A DNA stretch of 64,000 nt. Source: the human T2T-CHM13v2.0 reference genome, Homo sapiens. The notes beneath the pieces are model-generated. The model saw only the letters and a program-made list of their open reading frames with translations, ran no database searches and had not been told where the DNA came from. This document shows, in pieces, positions 30,218-42,222 of this stretch. How positions within the stretch are numbered: position 1 is the first letter of the stretch; each line of letters starts with the position of its first letter. The position numbers and the translations under genes were made by a program. Location: the NCBI RefSeq assembly GCF_009914755.1, contig NC_060937.1; one strand, 5' to 3'.

Positions 30218-31461
30218 CTCAGCAGAAAACTTACAAGCCAGAAGCAATTTGGGTCCTATCTTTAGCAGAAACCTTATTAGCCAGAAGGGATTGGGGTCCT
30301 ATCTTAAACAGAATAACTGTCTGCCAACAATTTTGTATCCAGGAAAACTATGTTTCATAAATGAAAGAGAAATAAAGTAGTTTTCAGAAAACAAATGCCT
30401 GTGTTTACTAAAATGTAGGATAATTGTTGCTTTCCTCCTTCAAAGAAAGTCCCAGCATAGGCTGGGAAGAAAACCTAGGAAAAACTCTTCTGGACATTGG
30501 CCTAAGCAAAGAATGTATGATGAAGGCCCCAAAACGAAGTGCAACAGAAAGAAAAATGAATAAGTGTGACTTAATTAAACTAAAAAGCTTCAGATCAGCA
30601 AAAGAAATAATTATCAGGGTAAACAGACAACCCACAGAATGGAAGAAAATATTTGCAAACTCTGTACCCAACAATGGACTAATACTCAGAATCTATAAGA
30701 AACTGAAATAAATCAGCAAGAAAAAAATAATAACCATTGAAAAGTGGGAAAATGACATAAATAAACATTTTTCAAAAGAAGTTATACAAATTGGCCAACA
30801 AACATGAAGGAAAAGTCCAACACCACTTCATTAGGGAAATGCAAATTGAAACCACAATGAAAACGGCATGGAGATTTCTTAAAGAATTTACCATTCAATC
30901 CAGCAATCTCACTACTGGGTATCTAACCCAAAGAAAAAGATATCACTATCTGAAAAAGACATCTGCATGCATATTGTTTATTACAGTCCAATTGACAATT
31001 GCAAAGATATGGACCCAGCGTAAGTGTCTGTTGACCAAAGAGTGGATAAAGAAAATATTATATATACACCATGGAATACTGCTCAGCCATTAAAAAAAAT
31101 GAGATAACATCCTTTCCTGCAACTTGGATGGTTCTGGAGGCCAATGTTCTAAGTGAAGTAACTCAGGAATGGAAAACCAAATACTGCATATTCTCACTTA
31201 TAAGAGGGAGCTAAGCTATGGGTATGCAGAGGCATACAGAGTGGTATAATAGACCTTGGAGACTCAGAGTGGGGAGGATGGGAAGTGGATAAAGGATTAA
31301 AAAATGACATATTGGGTACAATGTACAGTACCCTGGTGAAGGGTGCACTAAAATCTCAGAGTTCACCACTATATAATTTGTCCATATAACCAAAAACCAC
31401 TTGTGCCCCAAACGCTATTAAAATTTTTTAAACATTTAAAAATAAAGTAAAATAAATGGGA
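30218..31461 (+). mobile_element. L1MA2-like LINE with internal deletions (ORF1 piece, ORF2 3' end, 3' UTR)
   Basis: ORF 30424-30711 translates to L1 ORF2 C-terminal region ([13 protein letters not shown]...[15 protein letters not shown]); 3' UTR gggtgcactaaaatctcaga...aaccaaaaaccacttgt; TSD aaaaatata(a)tctaag at 30202-30217 and 31462-31476. Confidence 0.9.
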
Positions 31462-31767
31462 AAAAATATATCTAAGAAAAGTTATATTGATGTCCAAGAA
31501 TTAATTCTAAGCACCTGGATGTCAATGAAAAGAATTAACAAATACATGGTTAAGTTTACCTTCAAGGTTGTAACCCTTTGACAAGAGGTCTCCCATACGC
31601 AAACTACATTTCCTTTTGTTCTCCTTGGACTCTTCAACAATGCCGTTCTTGTCTATTATCCTCCCTTCATCAATTTATCTTCCTTGTTCCAAAGATTTAC
31701 TATAATATAAATGTATATGCTTTTTAAATGATAAAACATAAGTAAAATTTTAAATAAATTATATTTA

Positions 31768-31878
31768 TTTTATTTTCTAAAATGTATTAAGTGATGGAAT
31801 AACTTAATAACTATTGTTATTAATTATTTAGTAATTATTAATATTATTCCATCACTTAATACATTTTAGAAAATAAAA
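31768..31878. repeat. Perfect 35-bp inverted repeat with 41-nt AT-rich spacer
   Basis: ttttattttctaaaatgtattaagtgatggaataa (31768-31802) is the exact reverse complement of 31844-31878. Confidence 0.97.
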
Positions 31879-32089
31879 GAAAGTATTGCCCTGCAATTTA
31901 AGATTCCACATGCATATGCACATAAACATCCACATTTATATGTAAGCTGCATCAGGGCAGAGACTATGCATCTGAAATAAATCCACTGATTATTTCGATA
32001 TTTTGTAATGTGTTACATGGATCATGTAATAAGCACTAACTTTAATGCAACAGATGTTCTTAAGAAAGCTGTCTATTGTATTCTCTAGT

Positions 32090-32640
32090 TTTTTCCTCAT
32101 GCTTATTCTATAATCTACTTAGGGCTAGCTTATTTCCTCATCATCCTATCTATACAGCTCTACAAACATTAATAACCTGCACACTACTAAATCTAATGGT
32201 ATATTTTTAAAAATCTTTTTGCTTAATCTCTTAGCAACATAACACTTGACCAACTCTCAAATCTTCAGAAATGTTTGTCTCTTGTCCTCTGTGACATTAT
32301 AATTTGCTAATCTTCCGCCTCTCTGATCATTTCTAGTTTTTTCTTCACCATCTCATTCTGTTCTTCTGGAAGCTAAATGTTTGGAATTTATCTTGGTCCA
32401 GTCCTGGGTATTGTTTATTTCTTTATATGTACATATCTTTTGGACTTAAGCATGCACAATCTTGATTATCAAATTTGAATAGCCAGCCTTGGACATTCAT
32501 TTGTTTGAGACCAATATCTCCAACTGTGTACTGAAGATTTCTTCTTGGATATCTCAAAGGCATCTCAAATTCAATATGTCAAAGAAAAGTGTGTTCAACC
32601 CCACACTTGAAACCAGTGCTGTTCACTGTTATCAGTAGGA
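32090..32640 (+). mobile_element. L2 ORF2-region fragment
   Basis: ctaaatctaatggt...cttagcaacat...cttggatatctcaaaggcatctcaaattcaatatgtc. Confidence 0.65.
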
Positions 32641-32787
32641 AGACACTACCCTACATACACTATACATGGTACATGCCAATTCAAAGGTTTTTGGTATTTG
32701 ATATGTATCTTTTCTTATAAATTCAGCTGGAAAGTTTTGGAATTGCACCACTATCTATGTTGTTGAGCACTGAAGAAATATAGAAGC

Positions 32788-32915
32788 CATTTATGCATTT
32801 ATTTAACAAATATTTATTGAATACCTTCTGTCAACCATGAATTGTTCTGTTTAGAGGGTTACAGTAATGAACAACATACATCAAAGTGTTTCCTTCATAG
32901 AGCTTATACTCTATG
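32788..32915 (-). mobile_element. L2 3' end
   Basis: catttatttaacaaatatttattgaatacc...ccttcatagagcttatactcta. Confidence 0.7.
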
Positions 32916-32990
32916 GACATTTTGCTTCCTACACAATTATATCCAATCCATCATCCTAAATGTTTGTGATTTTACCCGTGGAATTACTCT

Positions 32991-33090
32991 TTTTTTTCCT
33001 TTGAGACAAATTCTCACTCTATTACCCGGACTGGAATGCATTGACAGAATCGTGGCTCACTTGCAGCCTTTATCTCCTGGGCTCAAGCAA
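32991..33090 (-). mobile_element. Old Alu fragment (AluJ/FLAM-like)
   Basis: ttgagacaaattctcactct...ggctcacttgcagcc...ctcctgggctcaagca. Confidence 0.8.
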
Positions 33091-33099
33091 ATTTGATAA

Positions 33100-35965
33100 A
33101 TTTGTAGAGAATTTTTATTTATGGTGTAAGATAGGGATTAAACTTTATTTTTTTGCAAGTGGATATTCAGTTATCTCAGCACCATTTATGGCAAAGACTC
33201 TTATTTTTCCCAATAAATTATCCCAGAAACATTGTCAAAAATAAAATGACCATAAATATTTAAGATTGATATGTCTTTTCATCCTTTAATGGCAATCTAC
33301 TTGTATCTTTGGATCTGAAGTCTCTTGTAGACAGCATACAGTTTGATCACTTTTTAATTCATTCTTCCAATCTCTGCCTTTTTATTGGAGAGTTCAGTAC
33401 ATTCACATTTAATGTAAATGGTGAAAATCAGCAGTTTACTTCTGTCATTTTGCTATTTGTTTTCTATATGTCTCTTGCCTTTTTTATTCCTCAGTTCTTC
33501 CATGATTGGTTTCTTTTATGTTAAATAGATATATTCTAGTGTGCCATTTGATTCCCTTCTTGTTTTATTTATTATCTGTTTTTAGTTATTTTCTTAATAA
33601 TAACATCTTAACATATACTAATCTAGTTCAAATTAACACCAAATTAGGTTCCATATTATCCTGAAACTTTGGTTTTATATAGCTCTGATACCACTCCCTT
33701 CTTATCCTGTTATTGTTACAAATGACATCTTTATGAATTGTATGTCCATCAACATAGATTTGTAATTATTGTTTAACACAATTGTGTCTTAAATAATATA
33801 GCAAAATGATAAGGGATAAACAAAAGAATGCATTAATATTGACTTCTACATTTACCTATATAGTTACCTTTACTGGTATTTTTAATTTCTTCATGTGGAT
33901 TAGAGTTACTACTTTCCTTCTGTTTACACCAGAAAAACTCTCATTGGAATTTCTTCTAGGGAAGGTCTGCTAGCCCTTGAAGAAAACTCTACAATAATCT
34001 CTCACGCAGTTTTTGTTTACCTGGGAATGCATTAATTTCTCCTTGATTTTTTGAAGGATAGTTTTGCTGGATATAGAATTCTGGATCAACATAATTTATC
34101 TTTAATTTTTGAAACATAGTTTTGCTGGATATAGAATTCTTGATTGACAATTTTTTTACTGATTCAGCACTTTAAATACCTAATTACACCACCTTCTGAC
34201 CTTTATGGTTTCTGATGAGAAATTAGCTGTCAGTCTTATTGAGAGTCTTGTATACATACATGATAGGTCACTTCTCTTTTACTACTTTTGAGATTCTCTA
34301 TTTGTCTTTGGAATTCTACAGTTTGGTTATATGTGTTGATGTTAATATCTTTTATTTATACTACTTTGAGTTCAGTGAGGTTCTTGGATGTGTACATTAA
34401 TGTGTTTTACCCAATTTTGGAACTTTTCAGCCATGCTTTTATCAAACATTCTTTGTTTTCTTCGCTTTTCTTCTTCTGAGACTCTCATTGTGTATATGTT
34501 GGTATGTTTGAAGGTGATTCACAAGCCTCTGAGACTGTTAATTTATCTTCATACATTGTTTTTCTTTTCTTCAGACTGATCATCTCAATTTATCTAACTC
34601 AAGTTTGCTGATTCTTTCTTCTGCCTGCTGAACTAGCCATTGCATTCTCTGTAAATTTTTCATTTCAATTAAGGTACTTTTCAACTCTAGTATTTCTATT
34701 TGGTTCCTGTTTGTCATTTCTATTCCTTTACTGATATTCTTTGTTTGGTAAGATATGATTCTCAGTGTTCCTTTATCTTTACATGATGTCTTTCAGCTCT
34801 TTTAGAATATTTTAAATGGTTAATGTAAAGTTATTGTCTAATTCCTCAAAAACAGTTTCTATTCATTTCTTTTCTTTCTTGCATATAGGCCATGGCTTAT
34901 TGTTTCTTTGCATACCTTGTAATTTTTTTTGGAGACTGTACATTTCAATTGTATAATATGGCAACTATGAAAATCAGATTCACTCCTATTTTTCCTACAA
35001 AGCATTTTAGTTAGTTTATTGTTAAACTGTTTTCCTTTGTCTCAGGTGGAAGTAACTAATACATTTGATTTTAAATATTAAAGCACACCTGTGGTAATCA
35101 CTTCAGTCACTGGAGAGTTATGAGTGAAACAAGCAACTATAATTCTCTGAAAATAAGATTTGTTCTGTTCTCTGTGATACTAGGTAACTGTATGAATGAT
35201 GCAGATGTTTTCTTCAAAACTGCTGCTGAGCTGGGGAGTGTAGGATGAAACCAGAGTAATTTAAAACACCACAAAACTCCCTCACAAGGTCCACTGGATT
35301 TTCTTAATGAAGCCAAATTATGGATGCTGTAAGCTTTGATTATTTTTTAAAATTTTGAAAAATTTGATCCTGACAGTTTATTCTGGTTTATTTATTAGTT
35401 TTGTGGAGGAGCAGAATTGGAATTCACTCCTTCACCATTTTCACTGATGTCACTCAAGAGTTTTTATTTCTGGACTCTTATTTCTATTCCATTAATCTGT
35501 ATATGACTGTCTTTATGCCAGTCTTCACTACTGTCTTGATTACTGTAGAATTGTAATAGTTTTTGAAACTGGTGTCAGTCCTACAACTTTTTCTTTTTTC
35601 AAGATTATTTTGACTATTACCATGAATTTCCATATGAATTTTAGTACTAGCTTTTCAATTTCCGCAACGAAACCAGCTGGGAGTTTGATAGAAATTGTGT
35701 TGAATCTTTATCTTTATGTCATTTGGGAACTATTGCTATAATAACAGTATTACATCTTCCGATCCATGAACATGGGATGGCTTTCCGTTTATTTAGGTCT
35801 TCTTTAATTACTTACAACTATGTTTTGAAGTTTGCAGAGTATAAGTGTTCCACTGTATTTGCTAAATTTGTTCTTAAGTATTTTTTATATTATTGTAAAC
35901 AGAACTATGTTAATTTCACTTTTAGATTATTTATTGCAAAGGTAGATAAGTGTAGTTGATTTCTC
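33100..35965 (-). mobile_element. Cluster of old L1M fragments (ORF2, endonuclease start, ORF1/5' region)
   Basis: tcttgtagacagcata (EN start, antisense), tctgatgagaaattagctgtc (ORF1, antisense), gtcttgattactgtag...atccatgaacatgggat (ORF2, antisense); probably more than one element. Confidence 0.75.
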
Positions 35966-35999
35966 CATAAAGTAAATTTTAAAAAATAAAAACATGGCG

Positions 36000-36257
36000 A
36001 TACCTGTCTCCCTAAAACATTTCAATATCTTCCAATTGTTCTCACAATATTAAAAAAATCTTTAATACAGTGTAAAAGTGCCTCAATGTTCTGGTTTCTA
36101 TTAACTTCTCTTATCACATCTGTCCCTGATCTTTTCCTCACTATCTGAGCTACACTGTCATGCTCTCCATCCTCAAAATCCAACATAATTGCTTCCATAA
36201 TAAGGTCTTTGCACATACTATTTCCTCTACCTGAAAATTTTTCTCCCTCTCCTGCCA
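36000..36257 (+). mobile_element. L2 fragment (5' part of an element split by the L1MC insertion)
   Basis: ggtctttgcacatactatttcctctacctgaaa; L2 sequence resumes at ~40140. Confidence 0.6.
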
Positions 36258-36269
36258 CAAAACAAAACA

Positions 36270-39200
36270 AAAGAAGACTTCTGATTTTCAATTTTGCAGG
36301 TAAGGAGCTTGGAACTCACCACTGTATCCTAACAATAAATAAAAAGCTAAACACACTGAAAAAAGTCAATAACTTTTTGTGGATCCAAAAAACATGAGGA
36401 CACACAACAAACCTCTGACCCTAACATTGGTGAGATAGGGAAATGTATGAAATTCTGGCATACCAGAATAGTCAGTCATGAGTGGAAACCAGTGCTGGGG
36501 TCAAAAATAACTGAGGCATAATTAATGAATTACTGGAGACTAGATGTGGGCAAATCTGAGAGTTAAAAAGTCCAGCGGGACTCAGTCATAGAGGCCATTC
36601 ACACTTTTGTGAATTTTACCTCCAGGAGCTCAACCAGGTTCTCATGGTAAGTATCTGAGAAAAAAATCCCCTCATGCTTCCAGCAGGGGAAGAAAAAAAA
36701 CAACCATCTTGAAATATGCTAGTGCACCCTGTTCTTCATAACAATACCTGGTCTCAGGAGAAACTTGTTAACAAGAGCCTGACTTGCCAGAGTACTGTCT
36801 GAGCTTAGATGATGGGAGAAAAATACCCAACCCTAGCCAACTCTAGCCTTCCATGTAGGAGAAGGAAAATACCCAATCTGTCCAACCCCACCCATTCCGT
36901 TCTACCTAAAACGGGGAGGAAAAATACAATCTACTTCTAAATAACACATGGTTAAAGAAGAAATATCAAGAAAAATTTAAAAATATTTTGAACTAAATGA
37001 AGATAAGAACACATGCCAAAATTTGTGGAATGCTGCAGAGATAGGGCTTGGAAGGAATTTTGTAGCATGTGAATGCGTATATTAGATGACAAGAAATGTC
37101 TGAAATCAATAATTTAAGTTTCCACCTTAGGAAACTTAAAAAAGAAGTAAAAACTTACTTCAAAATAAGCAGAAAAATAAATAAGTAGATGAATTAGAGG
37201 AGCAATCAATAAAGTAAAGAAGAGAAAAATCAATAGAGAAAACCAACAAAACTAATGGCTGATTCTTTGAAAAGAATAATAAAATTGACATCCTCTAGCC
37301 AGGCTAATTTGAAAAAATGAGAGAAAGGATACAAATTACTAAAATCTAAGTGAAAGAGGGAGCATCATCACAGATCCCATGGACATTAAAAGAATAAAAA
37401 AGGACAGTATGAACAACTCTATGTCTGCGAGTTAAATAACAGGTAAAATAGACCAATTCCTTGAGGACACAATCTGCCAAATCTTACACAAGAAGAAATA
37501 GTCAATCTGAATAAGTTATCTATTAAATAAATTGAATCAATAATTAATTACATTTCAAAATAGGAAGCAGCAGGCTTAGATGTGTTCCCTGATGAATTCT
37601 ACTAAATGTTTAAGAAAGAAATTATGCCATTTTTCTACAATCTCTTCTAGAAATAAAAGCAGAGGGAATACTTCCTACCTCATTCCATGAAGCCAGCCTT
37701 AACCTAATACCAAAACCAGCAAAAGACATTACAAGAAGCAAAAACTACAGAACAAGATCTCTCATGAATATTGATACAAAAATCTTCTACAAAATATTAG
37801 CAAATTTGATCCAAAAATGTATAAAAAGATTTATCCACCGTGACCAAGTGGGGTTTATTCCAGGTGTGCAAGGCTGGCTCAGCACTCAAAAATTAGTTAA
37901 TGTAATCAATCACATCAATAGGATAAAAAAGAAAAATCATGATAATATCAATAAATTTAAAGATGACAAAATCAAGTACCTATTCATGACAAAAACTCTC
38001 AGAAAACTGGGAATCAATGACAACTTTCTCAACTGGATAACGAATATCTACAAAAGAACTTATAGCTAACACCATTTGTAATGGTGAAAAACTAAAAACT
38101 TTCCCACTAAGATCAGGAAAAATGCAAAGATGTCCCCTCTCTTGACTCCTTTTTGACATCATACTGAAAATTCTAGGTAATTCAGTATGAGAAGAAATAG
38201 AAATAAAAGGTATACAGATTGGGAAAAATAACTAAAATTGTGTTTGTTCACATATAACGTGATCATGTATGTAGAAAATATAAAAGAATAAACCAAAACC
38301 CTTTTGGAACTAATAAACTATTAGAGTAAGGCTTCAGAATACAATGTTAATATACAAAAGTCAATTGTTAACAAAATACATTCAAAAATAAGATCACACA
38401 TAAAAGTGCAAAAAATAGATATATATGAGGAAAACTACAAAACTCTGATAAAGGAAATCAAAGAAGTTAAAAAATGAAGAGATATTCCATGGTCATGAAT
38501 AGGAAGACTCAATATTGTCAAGATAACAGTTCTTCCCAACCTCATCAATAGATTCAATGCAATCCCAATAAATATTCTAACAAAATAGTTTGTGGATATT
38601 GAAAACCTGATTCTACAGTCTGTAGTAATAGGCAAAGACCCAGAATAGCCAATACAGTGTTAAAATAGAAAAACAAAGTTGGAATACTGACATTACTCAA
38701 CCTCAAGACTTACTATAAAGCCACAGTAATCAAGACAGTGTGGTAATATCAAAAGGACAGACCAATAGATGAATGGAACAAAATAGAGATCCCATAAGTA
38801 TACCTACATAAATATATAGTTAACTGATTTTTGATAAAAGAGTAAAGGCAAAAAATACAATGGAACAAAGATAGTCTTTTCAACAAATGGTGCTGAAACA
38901 GCTGGACATCCATGCACAAAAATCTAGACATGGATCTTATACTGTTCATAACTATTAACTCAAAATGAATCACAGACCTAAATGTAAAACACAAAACTAT
39001 AAAACTTCTGGAAGGTGACATAGGAGAAAACCCAGATACCCTTGTATGTTTGATAAGGGAATATTACCCAAAATGTACGAAGAACTCTTAAAACTCATAA
39101 ATAAGAAAACAACCTAATTAAAACTTGGATCAGAGACCTTAAAAGACCCATTATGAAAGAAGATATACAGATGGCAAATAAGCATATGAAAAGATGTTCC

Positions 39201-40135
39201 ACGTCATATGTCATCAGGGAAAGGCAAATTACAACGACAATAAGATACCTATTAGAATGGTCAAAATTCAGAACATTGACAATGTCAAGTACTGGTGGTG
39301 ATGTAAAGCAACAGGAACCCTCTTCATTGCTGATAGAAATGCAAAATGATAAAGTAACTTTAGAAGACAGTTTGTCAGTTTTTTACAAAACTAAACATAT
39401 TCTTTACCAAAGGATTCAGCAGTTGTGCTCCTGATATTTACCCAAAGAGTTGAAAACTTTTGTTCACACAAAAACTTATACAAGGGTATTTATAGCAGCC
39501 TTATTCACAATTGCCAAAAACTTGGAAGCCACTAGATGCCCTTTAGTTAGGTGTCTACATCCAAACAATGGCATATCATTCAGCACTGTGAAAAGAAATG
39601 AGCTATCAAACCATGAAAAGACATGAAGGAACTTTGAATGCATATTACTAAGTGAAAGAATCCAGTTTGTAGAGGCTATATACTATATGATTCCAACTGT
39701 AATGACATTCTGGAAAAGCTGAAACTATGGAGACAGTAAAAAGATTAGTGGCTGTTAGCGTTTGGGGGTTGGAGGAGAAGGATGAAGAGGCAAAACACAG
39801 AGAATTTCTAGGGCAGTGAAACTACTCTGTGGGATACTATAATGGTGGGTACATGTCATTACACATTTGTCCAAACTCATATATACAATGTACACCACCA
39901 AGAGTGAACCAATGTAAACTGTGGACTTTGGGTGATTATGATGTGTCAGTGATGCTTGTTTCATCAGTTGTAACAAATGTACCACTCTGATGGAGGAGGT
40001 TGATAATGGGGAGGGCTGTACATGTGTAGGGGCAGGGAGTATATGGGAAATCTCTGTACCTTCTCTCAATGTTGCTGTTAACCTAAATCTGCTCTAAAAA
40101 GTAAAATCATTTTAAAACAAACAAACAAACAAAAA
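36270..40135 (+). mobile_element. L1MC1-like LINE: putative 5' UTR (36270-36910) joined to ORF2 and 3' UTR (36925-40135)
   Basis: ORF2 remnants in the ORF track (MNIDTKIFYKILAN...[12 protein letters not shown]; [17 protein letters not shown]); 3' UTR ggcagggagtatatgggaaatctctgtacc...ctgctctaaaaa; (AAAC)n tail; 5' UTR assignment less certain. Confidence 0.85.
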
Positions 40136-40139
40136 AGTA

Positions 40140-40865
40140 AAGCTCTTTATCAAGCTAGTGCCTATTATGTCTTCAGATCTTGGCTCAGATGTCCTGTTTG
40201 GTAAAGCCCTTGTGAATAGCCAGTTTAGGTCAGCTTTCTTGCCACCTGCCTATTAAGCCCATCTTTCCTTTTCTTTAGAGTCCTTAAGTAGTTTTTAATT
40301 GCACACTTCTTAAATTGATTATGTGATTAATGAATATATATATTCATTATTATATATATTATTCATATATATATTATTCATAATAATGAATAATAATATT
40401 AATTCATAATATTTATTATTCATAATGAATAATATTAATCATAATATATATTATTCATAATGAATATGTATATTCATTATTATTCAATATTATTAAATAA
40501 TCATATTCAATAATAATTCAATAATATTCAATAATTCAATAATATTCAATATTCAATAATAATATATGAAAATAATCATATATAATATATACATATATAC
40601 ATATATTCATATGTATATACATATATATTCATATGTATATACATATATATGTATATACATATAATTCTATGTATATACATATATAATCACATATATGATT
40701 AAATAATCATATATATATATGAAAATAATCATATATTATTCAATACGCTTTTTAGTGAAGGGCCTGCCTCATATTTGCTGCCTGAGGGTTTTCTTCTGCC
40801 CAGTGCAATATATACTCAGTATTCAACAAATTGGGGGGTATTGAAGAAGTGAATGAATGAATGAC
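40140..40865 (+). mobile_element. L2 3' portion, interrupted by an AT-rich expansion
   Basis: cttcagatcttggctcagatgtc ... terminal gtgaatgaatgaatga. Confidence 0.55.
40322..40745. repeat. AT-rich palindromic low-complexity expansion
   Basis: Built almost entirely from taat/attc/atat/atac units with many local palindromes. Confidence 0.92.
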
Positions 40866-40879
40866 ATGTCAAGAAGTTT

Positions 40880-41035
40880 TATGCATTACCTCATTCAATC
40901 ATCTGTCACTCATTTTAGGTAGGTAAGACCCCCTCCAATTTAGAAGTGGAAAAAATGAGGATGGTTAGGTAATTTTTCCAAATGATAACAAGTAATCATT
41001 GTTATGTCAGGATTCCAAACCAAATCTCTCTTCCT
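40880..41035 (-). mobile_element. MIR fragment
   Basis: cattacctcattcaatc...ggttaggtaatttttcca...ggattccaaacc. Confidence 0.5.
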
Positions 41036-41895
41036 ATACAATCTATACTTTCAACTAAACTGTTAGATTGCCTCATTCAATTCGAGATGACTATGTACGG
41101 TATTTAAAGAAGGCTCATAATAGAGTAGCTAACGAATCTAGCAAAGAGGAGAAAGGTTCATCATCCATGAAAGAAATGTTTGATGAGCTATGAAGGGGAT
41201 ACTGTAATCTCACACAGCATAGTAGCAGGATTTAGGATGGAGAGTAAGGCTATGAGACATTTTCCAATGTCTCAGATGAAGGAAAGGAAAGGCCCAGAGT
41301 TTGGTAGGTAGCATTTGTGAGGAGGGGAAGGAGAGTGGTAAAGTGGTACAAATGCCCAAAGATTGTGCTTAGTGGGAAAACAGCTGGAAGCATCAGTGAG
41401 AGGCAAAAAGAACACCTACTTGACCTTCTTTTCTTGGAATATTGAGTTGTGAGAGAATAAACTGATGTACTAGAGGAGAGGTACAGAGAAATACTTTCCT
41501 CAGTGAAAGGCTGAAGTTAAGTCAAGGAGATCAAGGAAATCTCTAAGAAGAGCGTGCATATAGATGGTAGGTCATTGGTTATCCAAAGGCAGTTCCCAAA
41601 GCTGTATTCGAAGTGTTTGGGCAGTGAGGACTGGAGGTCTAGGTCACAAGTCAGGAAGTGCAGAACATTACAGAATGGACTCATGAAGAGGGATGCAGAC
41701 CCTCATGGATTTTGTCCTAATGGTCTACTGGAGACTGCTGGATGCAGAATAGTTGACAGAGGTCTTGGCTCATTTACCTTGAGGTTGAAGAAAGCCTTAG
41801 CATCTTCAGTCTGAGATTGCTTGTCCTGGAGTGATGGTGACTCAGTGGGCACAATGCCCACACATTTTGAGGAGGGAAGATAATTGGAGGGACTA

Positions 41896-42222
<327 letters not shown>

